A DNA stretch of 64,000 nt, taken from the NCBI RefSeq assembly GCF_009914755.1, contig NC_060945.1; one strand, written 5' to 3'. A program made the position numbers and the translations under genes. This DNA is from the human T2T-CHM13v2.0 reference genome, Homo sapiens. Shown here in pieces: positions 1-14,050 of the stretch (positions are counted from its first letter, which is position 1; every line of letters starts with the position of its first letter). The notes beneath the pieces were generated by a model. It was not told the origin of the DNA. It worked only from the letters and a program-made list of their open reading frames with translations, and ran no database searches.

Positions 1-174
1 AAAAATATCAAAGTACCCAAAGCATGTATTATATACTGTATATAAAATATGAAAGTACATCAAATATATATTTTATTCTGTACATAATATATCAGAGTAC
101 ACCAGATATATATTCTATAGTGTACATAAAATAACAAAGTACAAAAACTATAAATTATATACTGTACATAAAAT

Positions 175-2428
175 ATGAAATTACATCAAATATATATTAG
201 GTACATAAAATATGAAAGTACATCAAATATAGATTATATACTGTACATAAAATTTCAATGTACCCCAAATATATATTTTATACTCTACATGAAATATCAA
301 AGTTCACAAACCATATATAATATAATGTACATAAAATATCAAAGTACCCAAGGTATATATTCTATACTATACAAAAAATATCAAAGTACCCAAAGCATGT
401 ATTATATACTGTACCTAAAATATGAATGTACATCAAATATATATTTTATTCTGTACATAAAATATCAAAGTACACCAGATATATATTCTATAGTGTACAC
501 AAAATATCAAAGTACCCAAACTATGCATTATATACTGTACATAAAATATGAAATTACATCAAATATATTTTATATTAGGTACATAAAATATGAAAGTACA
601 TCAAATATAGATTATATACTGTACATTAAATACCAAAGTACCCCAAATATATATTTTATACTGTACATGAAATATCAAAGTTCACAAACTATATATTATA
701 TACTGTACATATAATATCAAAGTACACAAGGTATATATTCTATACTGTACAAAAAATAACAAAGTACCAAAAGCATGTATAATATACTGTACATAAAATA
801 TGAAAGTACATCAAATATATATTTTATTCTGTACATAAAATATCAAAGTACACCAGATATATATTCTATAGTGTACATAAAATATCAAAGTACCCAAACT
901 ATACATTATATACTGTACATAAAATATGAAATTACATCAAATATATTTTATATTAGGTACATAAAATATGAAAGTACATCAAATATAGATTATATACTGT
1001 ACATAATATATCAAAGTAACCCAAATATATATTATATACTCTACATGAAATATCAAAGTTCACAAACAATATATTATATACTGTACATAAAATATCAAAG
1101 TACCCAAGGTATATATTCTATACTGCACAAAAAAATCAAAGTACCCAAAGCATGTAGTATATACTGTATATAAAATATGAAAGTTCATCAAATATATATT
1201 TTATTCTCTACGTAATATATCAAAGTACACCAGATATATATTCTATAGTGTACATAAAATATCAAAGTACCCAAACTATACATTATATACTGTACATAAA
1301 ATATGAAATTACATCAAATATATATTAGGTACATAAAATATGAAAGTACATCAAATATAGATTATATACTGTACATAAAATATCAATGTACCCCAAATAT
1401 ATATTTTATACTTTACATGAAATATCAAAGTTCACAAACCATATATTGTATACTGTACATAAAATATCAAAGTACCCAAAGTATATGTTCTATACTGTAC
1501 AAAAAATATCAAAGTACCCAAAGCATGTATTATATACTGTACATAAAATATGAAAGTACATCAAATATATATTTTATTCTGTACATAAAATATCAAAGTA
1601 CACCAGATATATATTCTATAGTGTACATAAAATATCAAAGTACCCAAACTATACATTATATACAGTAAATAAAATATGAGATTACATCAAATATATATTA
1701 TATTAGGTACATAAAATATGAAAGTACATCAACTATAGATTATATACTGTACATTAAATACCAAAGTACCCCAAATATATATTTTATACTGTACATGAAA
1801 TATCAAAGTTCACAAACTATATATTATATACTGTACATAAAATATCAAAGTACCCAAGGTATATATTCTATACTGTACAAAAAATATCAAAGTACCCAAA
1901 GCATGTATTATATACTGTACCTAAAATATGAAAGTACATCAAATATATATTTTATTCTGTACATAAAATATCAAAGTACACCAGATATATATTCTATAGT
2001 GTACATAAAATATGAAAGTACCCAAACTATACATTATATACTGTACATAAAATATGAAATTACATCAAATATATATTATATTAGGTACATAAAATATGAA
2101 AGTACATCAAATATAGATTATACACTGTACATAAAATATCAAAGAACCCAAAATATATATTATATACTCTACATGAAATATCAAAGTTCACAAACTATAT
2201 ATTATATACTGTACATAAAATAAAGTCCCCAAGATATATATTCTATACTGTAGAAAAAATATCAAAGTACCCAAAGCATGTATTATATACTGTATATAAA
2301 ATATGAAAGTACATCAAATATATATTTTATTCTGTACATAATATATCAAAGTACACCAGATATATATTCTATAGTGTACATAAAATAACAAAGTACAAAA
2401 ACTATAAATTATATACTGTACATAAAAT
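175..2428 (+). repeat. 6-unit super-repeat (2,254 bp = 373+378+377+373+378+375); related copies at 23754-26006, 39894-42146, 52279-54531
   Basis: Anchors at 175, 548, 926, 1303, 1676, 2054, 2429. Near-identical 179-aa pseudo-ORFs at 175 and 2429. Private markers GCATGTAGTAT, AAGTTCATC, CTCTACGTAAT and ATCAACTATAG recur at offsets +23579, +39719 and +52104. Confidence 0.85.
548..925 (+). repeat. Representative full-length 378-bp 9-mer unit
   Basis: The anchor ATGAAATTACATCAAA occurs at 548 and again at 926 (378 bp = 9 x 42). Confidence 0.95.
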
Positions 2429-3099
2429 ATGAAATTACATCAAATATATATTAGGTACATAAAATATGAAAGTACATCAAATATAGATTATATACTGTAC
2501 ATAAAATTTCAATGTACCCCAAATATATATTTTATACTCTACATGAAATATCAAAGTTCACAAACCATATATTATATACTGTACATAAAATATCAAAGTA
2601 CCCAAGGTATATATTCTATACTATACAAAAAATACCAAAGTACCCAAAGCATGTATTATATACTGTACCTAAAATATGAATGTACATCAAATATATATTT
2701 TATTCTGTACATAAAATATCAAAGTACACCAGATATATATTCTATAGTGTACACAAAATATCAAAGTACCCAAACTATACATTACATACTGTACATAAAA
2801 TATGAAATTACATCAAATATATTTTATATTAGGTACATAAAATATGAAAGTACATCAAATATAGATTATATACTGTACATTAAATACCAAAGTACCCCAA
2901 ATATATATTTTATACTGTACATGAAATATCAAAGTTCACAAACTATATATTATATACTGTACATATAATATCAAAGTACCCAAGGTATATATTCTATACT
3001 GTACAAAAAATAACAAAGTACCAAAAGCATGTATAATATACTGTACATAAAATATGAAAGTACATCAAATATATATTTTATTCTGTACATAAAATATCA

Positions 3100-6000
3100 A
3101 AATACACCAGATATATATTCTATAGTGTACATAAAATATCAAAGTACCCAAACTATACATTATATACTGTAAATAAAATATGAAATTACATCAAATATAT
3201 TTTATATTAGGTACATAAAATATGAAAGTACATCAAATATAGATTATATACTGTACATAATATATCAAAGTAACCCAAATATATATTATATACTCTACAT
3301 GAAATATCAAAGTTCACAAACAATATATTATATACTGTACATAAAATATCAAAGTACCCAAGGTATATATTCTATACTGCACAAAAAAATCAAAGTACCC
3401 AAAGCATGTATTATATACTGTATATAAAATATGAAAGTACATCAAATATATATTTTATTCTCTACATAATATATCAAAGTACACCAGATATATATTCTAT
3501 AGTGTACATAAAATAACAAAGTACACAAACTATAAATTATATACTGTACATAAAATATGAAAGTACATCAAATATATATTAGGTACATAAAATATGAAAG
3601 TACATCAAATATAGATTATATACTGTACATAAAATATCAATGTACCCCAAATATATATTTTATACTCTACATGAAATATCAAATTTCACAAACCATATAT
3701 TATATACTGTACATAAATATCAAAGTACCCAAGGTATGTATTCTATACTGTACAAAAAATATCAAAGTACCCAAAGCATGTATTATATACTGTACATAAA
3801 ATATGAAAGTACATCAAATATATATTTTATTCTGTACATAAAATATCAAAGTACACCAGATATATATTCTATAGTGTACATAAAATATCAAAGTACCCAA
3901 ACTATACATTATACACTGTACATAAAATATGAGATTACATCAAATATATATTAGGTACATTAAATATGAAAGTACATGAAATATAGATTATATACTGTAC
4001 ATAAAATATCAAAGTACCCCAAATATATATTATATACTCTACATGAAATATCAAAGTTCACAAACTATATATTATATACTGTACATAAAGTATCAAAGTA
4101 CCCAAGGTATATATTCTATACTGTACAAAAGATATCAAAGTACCCAAAGCATGTATTATATACTGTATATAAAATATGAAAGTACATTAAATATATATTT
4201 TATTCTGTACATAAAATATCAAAGTACACCAGATATATATTCTATAGTGTACATAAAATAACAAAGTACACAAACTATAAATTATATACTGTACATAAAA
4301 TATGAAATTACATCAAATATATATTAGGTACATAAAATATGAAAGTGCATCAAATATAGATTATATGCTGTACATAAAATATCAATGTACCCCAAATATA
4401 TATTTTATACTCTACATGAAATATCAAAGTTCACAATCCATACATTATATACTGTACATAAAATATCAAATTACCCAAGGTATATATTCTATACTGTACA
4501 AAAAATATCAAAGTACCCAAAGCATGTATTATATACTGTACATAAAATATGAAAGTACATCAAATATATATTTTATTCTGTACATAAAATAATAAAGTAC
4601 ACCAGATATATATTCTATAGTGTACATAAAATATCAAAGTACCCAAACTATACATTACATACTGTACATAAAGTATGAAATTACATCAAATATATATTAT
4701 ATTAGGAACATAAAATATGAAAGTACATCAAATATAGATTATTAACTGTACATAAAATATCAAAGAACCCCAAATATATATTATATACTCTACATGAAAT
4801 ATCAAAGTTCGCAAACTATATATTATATACTGTAGATAAAATATCAAAGTACCCAAGGTATATATTCTATACTGTACAAAAAATATCAAAGTATCCAAAG
4901 CATGTATTATACACTGTACATAAAATATGAAAGTACATCAAATATATATATTATTCTGTACCTAAAACATCAAAGTACACCAGATATATATTTTATAGTG
5001 TACATAAAATATCAAAGTACCGAAACTATACATTATATACTGTACATAAAATATGAAATTACATCAAATATATATTATATTAGGTACATAAAATATGAAA
5101 GTACATCTAGTATAGATTATATACTGTACATAAAATATCAAAGTACACCAAATATATATGATATACCGTACATGAAATATTAAAGTTCACAAACTATATA
5201 TTATATACTGTAGATAAAATATAAAAGGACCCAAGGTATATATTCTATACTGTACAAAAAATATCAAAGTACCCAAAGCATGTATTATATACTATACATA
5301 AAATATGAAAGTACATCAAATATATATTTTATTCTGTACATAAAATAACAAAGTACACCAGATATATATTTTATAGTGTACATAAAATATCAAAATACTC
5401 AAACTATACATTACATACTGTACATAAAATATGAAAGTACATCAAATATATATTATATTAGGAACATAAAATATGAAAGTACATCAAATATAGATTATTA
5501 ACTGTACATACAATATCAAAGTACCCCAAATATATATTATATACTGTACATGAAATATCAAAGTTCACAAACTATATATTATATACTGTACATAAAATAT
5601 CAAAGTACCCAAGGTATATATTCTATACTGTACAAAAAATATCAAAGTACCCAAAGCATGTATTATATACTGTACATAAAATATGAAAGTACATCAAATA
5701 TATATTTTATTCTGTACATAAAATATCAAAGTACACCAGATATATATTCTATAGTGTACATAAAATATCAAAGTACCCAAACTATACATTATATACTGCA
5801 AATAAAATATGAAATTACATCAAATATATTTTATATTAGGAACATAAAATATGAAAGTACATCAAATATAGATTATATACTGTACATAATATATCAAAGT
5901 AACCCAAATATATATTATATACTCTACATGAAATATCAAAGTTCACAAACAATATATTATATACTGTACATAAAATATCAAAGTACCCAAGGTATATATT

Positions 6001-9000
6001 CTATACTGCACAAAAAAATCAAAGTACCCAAAGCATGTATTATATACTGTATATAAAATATGAAAGTACATCAAATATATATTTTATTCTCTACATAATA
6101 TATCAAAGTACACCAGATATATATTCTATAGTGTACATAAAATAACAAAGTACACAAACTATAAATTATATACTGTACATAAAATATGAAAGTACATCAA
6201 ATATATATTAGGTACATAAAATATGAAAGTACATCAAATATAGATTATATACTGTACATAAAATATCAATGTACCCCAAATATATATTTTATACTCTACA
6301 TGAAATATCAAATTTCACAAACCATATATTATATACTGTACATAAATATCAAAGTACCCAAGGTATGTATTCTATACTGTACAAAAAATATCAAAGTACC
6401 CAAAGCATGTATTATATACTGTACATAAAATATGAAAGTACATCAAATATATATTTTATTCTGTACATAAAATATCAAAGTACACCAGATATATATTCTA
6501 TAGTGTACATAAAATATCAAAGTACCCAAACTATACATTATACACTGTACATAAAATATGAGATTACATCAAATATATATTAGGTACATTAAATATGAAA
6601 GTACATGAAATATAGATTATATACTGTACATAAAATATCAAAGTACCCCAAATATATATTATATACTCTACATGAAATATCAAAGTTCACAAACTATATA
6701 TTATATACTGTACATAAAATATCAAAGTACCCAAGGTATATATTCTATACTGTACAAAAGATATCAAAGTACCCAAAGCATGTATTATATACTGTATATA
6801 AAATATGAAAGTACATTAAATATATATTTTATTCTGTACATAAAATATCAAAGTACACCAGATATATATTCTATAGTGTACATAAAATAACAAAGTACAC
6901 AAACTATAAATTATATACTGTACATAAAATATGAAATTACATCAAATATATATTAGGTACATAAAATATGAAAGTGCATCAAATATAGATTATATGCTGT
7001 ACATAAAATATCAATGTACCCCAAATATATATTTTATACTCTACATGAAATATCAAAGTTCACAATCCATACATTATATACTGTACATAAAATATCAAAT
7101 TACCCAAGGTATATATTCTATACTGTACAAAAAATATCAAAGTACCCAAAGCATGTATTATATACTGTACATAAAATATGAAAGTACATCAAATATATAT
7201 TTTATTCTGTACATAAAATAATAAAGTACACCAGATATATATTCTATAGTGTACATAAAATATCAAAGTACCCAAACTATACATTACATACTGTACATAA
7301 AGTATGAAATTACATCAAATATATATTATATTAGGAACATAAAATATGAAAGTACATCAAATATAGATTATTAACTGTACATAAAATATCAAAGAACCCC
7401 TAATATATATTATATACTCTACATGAAATATCAAAGTTCGCAAACTATATATTATATACTGTAGATAAAATATCAAAGTACCCAAGGTATATATTCTATA
7501 CTGTACAAAAAATATCAAAGTATCCAAAGCATGTATTATACACTGTACATAAAATATGAAAGTACATCAAATATATATATTATTCTGTACCTAAAACATC
7601 AAAGTACACCAGATATATATTTTATAGTGTACATAAAATATCAAAGTACCGAAACTATACATTATATACTGTACATAAAATATGAAATTACATCAAATAT
7701 ATATTATATTAGGTACATAAAATATGAAAGTACATCTAGTATAGATTATATACTGTACATAAAATATCAAAGTACACCAAATATATATGATATACCGTAC
7801 ATGAAATATTAAAGTTCACAAACTATATATTATATACTGTAGATAAAATATAAAAGGACCCAAGGTATATATTCTATACTGCACAAAAAATATCAAAGTA
7901 CCCAAAGCATGTATTATATACTATACATAAAATATGAAAGTACATCAAATATATATTTTATTCTGTACATAAAATAACAAAGTACACCAGATATATATTT
8001 TATAGTGTACATAAAATATCAAAATACTCAAACTATACATTACATACTGTACATAAAATATGAAAGTACATCAAATATATATTATATTAGGAACATAAAA
8101 TATGAAAGTACATCAAATATAGATTATTAACTGTACATACAATATCAAAGTACCCCAAATATATATTATATACTGTACATGAAATATCAAAGTTCACAAA
8201 CTATATATTATATACTGTACATAAAATATCAAAGTACCCAAGGTATATATTCTATACTGTACAAAAAATATCAAAGTACCCAAAGCATGTATTATATACT
8301 GTACATAAAATATGAAAGTACATCAAATATATATTTTATTCTGTACATAAAATATCAAAGTACACCAGATATATATTCTATAGTGTACATAAAATATCAA
8401 AGTACCCAAACTATACATTATATACTGTAAATAAAATATGAAATTACATCAAATATATTTTATATTAGGTACATAAAATATGAAAGTACATCAAATATAG
8501 ATTATATACTGTACATAATATATCAAAGTAACCCAAATATATATTATATACTCTACATGAAATATCAAAGTTCACAAACAATATATTATATACTGTACAT
8601 AAAATATCAAAGTACCCAAGGTATATATTCTATACTGCACAAAAAAATCAAAGTACCCAAAGCATGTATTATATACTGTATATAAAATATGAAAGTACAT
8701 CAAATATATATTTTATTCTCTACATAATATATCAAAGTACACCAGATATATATTCTATAGTGTACATAAAATAACAAAGTACACAAACTATAAATTATAT
8801 ACTGTACATAAAATATGAAATTACATCAAATATATATTAGGTACATAAAATATGAAAGTACATCAAATATAGATTATATACTGTACATAAAATATCAATG
8901 TACCCCAAATATATATTTTATACTCTACATGAAATATCAAAGTTCACAAACCATATATTATATACTGTACATAAATATCAAAGTACCCAAGGTATGTATT

Positions 9001-10970
9001 CTATACTGTACAAAAAATATCAAAGTACCCAAAGCATGTATTATATACTGTACATAAAATATGAAAGTACATCAAATATATATTTTATTCTGTACATAAA
9101 ATATCAAAGTACACCAGATATATATTCTATAGTGTACATAAAATATCAAAGTACCCAAACTATACATTATACACTGTACATAAAATATGAGATTACATCA
9201 AATATATATTAGGTACATTAAATATGAAAGTACATGAAATATAGATTATATACTGTACATAAAATATCAAAGTACCCCAAATATATATTATATACTCTAC
9301 ATGAAATATCAAAGTTCACAAACTATATATTATATACTGTACATAAAATATCAAAGTACCCAAGGTATATATTCTATACTGTACAAAAGATATCAAAGTA
9401 CCCAAAGCATGTATTATATACTGTATATAAAATATGAAAGTACATTAAATATATATTTTATTCTGTACATAAAATATCAAAGTACACCAGATATATATTC
9501 TATAGTGTACATAAAATAACAAAGTACACAAACTATAAATTATATACTGTACATAAAATATGAAATTACATCAAATATATATTAGGTACATAAAATATGA
9601 AAGTGCATCAAATATAGATTATATGCTGTACATAAAATATCAATGTACCCCAAATATATATTTTATACTCTACATGAAATATCAAAGTTCACAATCCATA
9701 CATTATATACTGTACATAAAATATCAAATTACCCAAGGTATATATTCTATACTGTACAAAAAATATCAAAGTACCCAAAGCATGTATTATATACTGTACA
9801 TAAAATATGAAAGTACATCAAATATATATTTTATTCTGTACATAAAATAATAAAGTACACCAGATATATATTCTATAGTGTACATAAAATATCAAAGTAC
9901 CCAAACTATACATTACATACTGTACATAAAGTATGAAATTACATCAAATATATATTATATTAGGAACATAAAATATGAAAGTACATCAAATATAGATTAT
10001 TAACTGTACATAAAATATCAAAGAACCCCAAATATATATTATATACTCTACATGAAATATCAAAGTTCGCAAACTATATATTATATACTGTAGATAAAAT
10101 ATCAAAGTACCCAAGGTATATATTCTATACTGTACAAAAAATATCAAAGTATCCAAAGCATGTATTATACACTGTACATAAAATATGAAAGTACATCAAA
10201 TATATATATTATTCTGTACCTAAAACATCAAAGTACACCAGATATATATTTTATAGTGTACATAAAATATCAAAGTACCGAAACTATACATTATATACTG
10301 TACATAAAATATGAAATTACATCAAATATATATTATATTAGGTACATAAAATATGAAAGTACATCTAGTATAGATTATATACTGTACATAAAATATCAAA
10401 GTACACCAAATATATATGATATACCGTACATGAAATATTAAAGTTCACAAACTATATATTATATACTGTAGATAAAATATAAAAGGACCCAAGGTATATA
10501 TTCTATACTGTACAAAAAATATCAAAGTACCCAAAGCATGTATTATATACTATACATAAAATATGAAAGTACATCAAATATATATTTTATTCTGTACATA
10601 AAATAACAAAGTACACCAGATATATATTTTATAGTGTACATAAAATATCAAAATACTCAAACTATACATTACATACTGTACATAAAATATGAAAGTATAT
10701 CAAATATATATTATATTAGGAACATAAAATATGAAAGTACATCAAATATAGATTATTAACTGTACATACAATATCAAAGTACCCCAAATATATATTATAT
10801 ACTGTACATGAAATATCAAAGTTCACAAACTATATATTATATACTGTACATAAAATATCAAAGTACCCAAGGTATATATTCTATACTGTACAAAAAATAT
10901 CAAAGTACCCAAAGCATGTATTATATACTGTACATAAAATATGAAAGTACATCAAATATATATTTTATTC
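3100..10970 (+). repeat. Three tandem copies of a 2,629-bp 7-unit block
   Basis: ORF starts 3557/6186/8815, 4302/6931/9560, 4902/7531/10160 and 5550/8179/10808 are all spaced 2,629 bp. Unit lengths 372+373+373+378+378+378+377 = 2,629. Boundaries approximate (about +/-70 bp). Confidence 0.92.
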
Positions 10971-13900
10971 TGTACTTAAAATATCACAGTACACCAGATA
11001 TATATTTTATAGTGTACATAAAATATCAAAGTACCCAAACTATACATTATATACTGTACATAAAATATGAAATTACATCAAATATATATTATATTAGTTA
11101 CCTAAAATATGAAAGTACATCAAATATAGATTATATACTGTACATAAAATATCAGAGTACCCCAAATATATATTATATACTGTACATGAAATATCAAAGT
11201 TCACAAACTATATATTATATACTGTACATAAAATATCAAAGTACCCAAGGTATATATTCTATACTATACAAAAAATATCAAAGTACCCAAAGCATGTATT
11301 ATATACTGTACATAAAAGATGAAAGTACATCAAATATATATTTTATTCTGTACATAAAATAACAAAGTACACCGGATATATATTTTATAGTGTACATAAA
11401 ATATCAAAGTACCCAAACTATACATTACATACTGTACATAAAATATGAAATTACATCAAATATATATTATATTAGTTACCTAAAATATGAAAGTACATCA
11501 AATATAGATTATATACTGTACAGAAAATATGAAAGTACCCCAAATATATATTATACACTGTACATGAAATATGAAAGTTCACAAACTATATATTATATAC
11601 TGTACATAAAATATCAAAGTACCCAAGGTATATATTCTATACTGTACAAAAAATATCAAAGTACCCAAAGAATGTATTATATACTGTACATAAAATATGA
11701 AAGTACATCAAATATATATTTGATTCTGTACATAAAATAACAAAGTACACCAGATATGTATTTTATAGTGTACATAAAATATCAAAGTACTGAAACTATA
11801 CATTACACACTGTACATAAAATATGCAATTACATCAAACATATATTATATTAGGAACATAAAATATGAAAGTACATCAAATATAGATTATTAACTGTACA
11901 TAAAATATCAAAGAACCCCAAATATATATTATATACTGTACATGAGATATCAAACTTCACAAACTATATATTATATACTGTACATAAAATATCAAAGTAC
12001 CCAAGGTATATATTCTATACTATACAAAAAATATCAAAGTACCCAAAGCATGTATTATATACTGTACATAAAAGATAAAAGTACATCAAATATATATTTT
12101 ATTCTGTACATAAAATATCAAAGTACACCAGATATATATTATATAGTGTACATAAAATATCAAAGTACCCAAACTATACATTATATACTGTACATAAAAT
12201 ATGAAATTACATCAAATATATATTATATTAGGTACATAAAATATGAAAGTACATCAAATATATATTATATACTGTACATAAAATATAAAAGTACCCCAAA
12301 TATATATTATATACTGAACATGAAATATCAAAATACACAAACTATATATTATATACTGTACAAAAAATATCAAAGTACCCAAGGTATATATTCTATACTG
12401 TATAAAAAATATCAAAGTACCCAAAGCATGTATTATATACTGTACATAAAATATGAGAGTACATCAAATATATATTTTATTCTGTACATAAAATATCAAA
12501 GTACACCAGATATATATTTTATAGTGTACATAAAATATCAAAGTACCCAAACTATACATTATATACTGTACATAAAATATGAAATTACATCAAATATATA
12601 TTATATTAGGTACATAAAATATGAAAGTACATAAAATATAGATGATATACTGTACATAAAATATCAAAGTAGCCCAAATATATATTATACAGTGTACATG
12701 AAATATCAAAATTTACAAAATATATATTATATAATGTACATAAAATATCAAAATACCCAAAACAAGTATTATATACTGTACATAAAAGATGAAAGTACAT
12801 CAAATATATATTTTATTCTGTACATAAAATATCAAAGTACACCAGATATATATTTTATAGTGTACATAAAATATCAAGGTAACCAAACTATACATTATAT
12901 ACTGTACATAAAATATGAAATTACATCAAATATATATTATATTAGGTACGTAAAATATGAAATTACATCAAATACAGATTATATACTGTTCATAAAATAT
13001 AAAAGTACCCCAAATATATATTATATACTGTACATGAAATATCAAAATACAGAAACTATATATTATATACTGTACAAAAAATATCAAAGTACCCAAAGCA
13101 AGTATTATATACTGTACATAAAAGATGAAAGTACATCAAATATATATTTTATTCTCTACGTAAAATATCAAAGTACACCAGATATATATTTTATAGTGTA
13201 CATAAAATATCAAAGTACCCAAACTATACATTACATACTGTACATAAAATATGAAATTACATGAAATATATATTATTTTAGGAACATAAATATGAAAGTA
13301 CATCAAATATAGATTATTAACTGTACATAGAATATCAAAGAACCCCAAATATATATTATATACTGTACATGAGATATCAAACTTCACAAACTATATATTA
13401 TATACTGTACATAAAATATCAAACTACCCAAGGTATATATTCTATACTGTACAAAAAATATCAAAATACCCAAAGCATGTATTATATACTGTACATAAAA
13501 TATGAAAGTATATCAAATATATATTTTATTCTGTACATAAAATATCAAAGTACACCAGATATATATTTTATAGTGTACATAAAATATCAAAGTACCCAAA
13601 CTATACATTATATACTGTACATAAAATATGAAATCACATCAAATGTATATTATATTAGGTACATAAAATATGAAAGTACTTCGAGTATAGATTATTTACT
13701 GTACATAAATTATCAAAGTACCCCAAATATATATGATATACTGTACATGAAATATCAAAGTTCACAAACGATATATTATATACTGTAGATAAAATATCAA
13801 AGTACCCAAGGTTTATATTCTATACTGTACAAAAAATATCAAAGTACCCAAAGCATGTATTATATACTGTACATAAAAGATGAAAGTACATCAAATATAT

Positions 13901-14050
13901 ATTTTATTCTGTACATAAAGTAACAAAGTACACCAGATATATATTTTATAGTGTACAGAAAATATGAAAGTACCCAGCTATACATTACATACTGTACATA
14001 AAATGTGGAATTACATCAAATATATATTATATTAGGTACATAAAATATGA
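10970..14050 (+). repeat. Diverged HSat1A sub-domain with distinct diagnostic variants and no 5-bp-deletion units
   Basis: ATTTTATAGTG replaces ATTCTATAGTG. Also AGGAACAT, GATTATTAACTG, AAAAGATGAAAG, CATGAGATATCAAACTT and many singleton substitutions. Anchors 9933-14383 show 12 consecutive units lacking the 5-bp deletion. Confidence 0.8.
12579..13250 (+). repeat. Two consecutive 336-bp 8-mer units lacking the CCCAAGGTATATATTCTAT monomer
   Basis: Anchors at 12579, 12915 and 13251 are 336 bp apart (8 x 42). The QGIYSIL block is absent from ORF 12692..13264. Confidence 0.9.
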
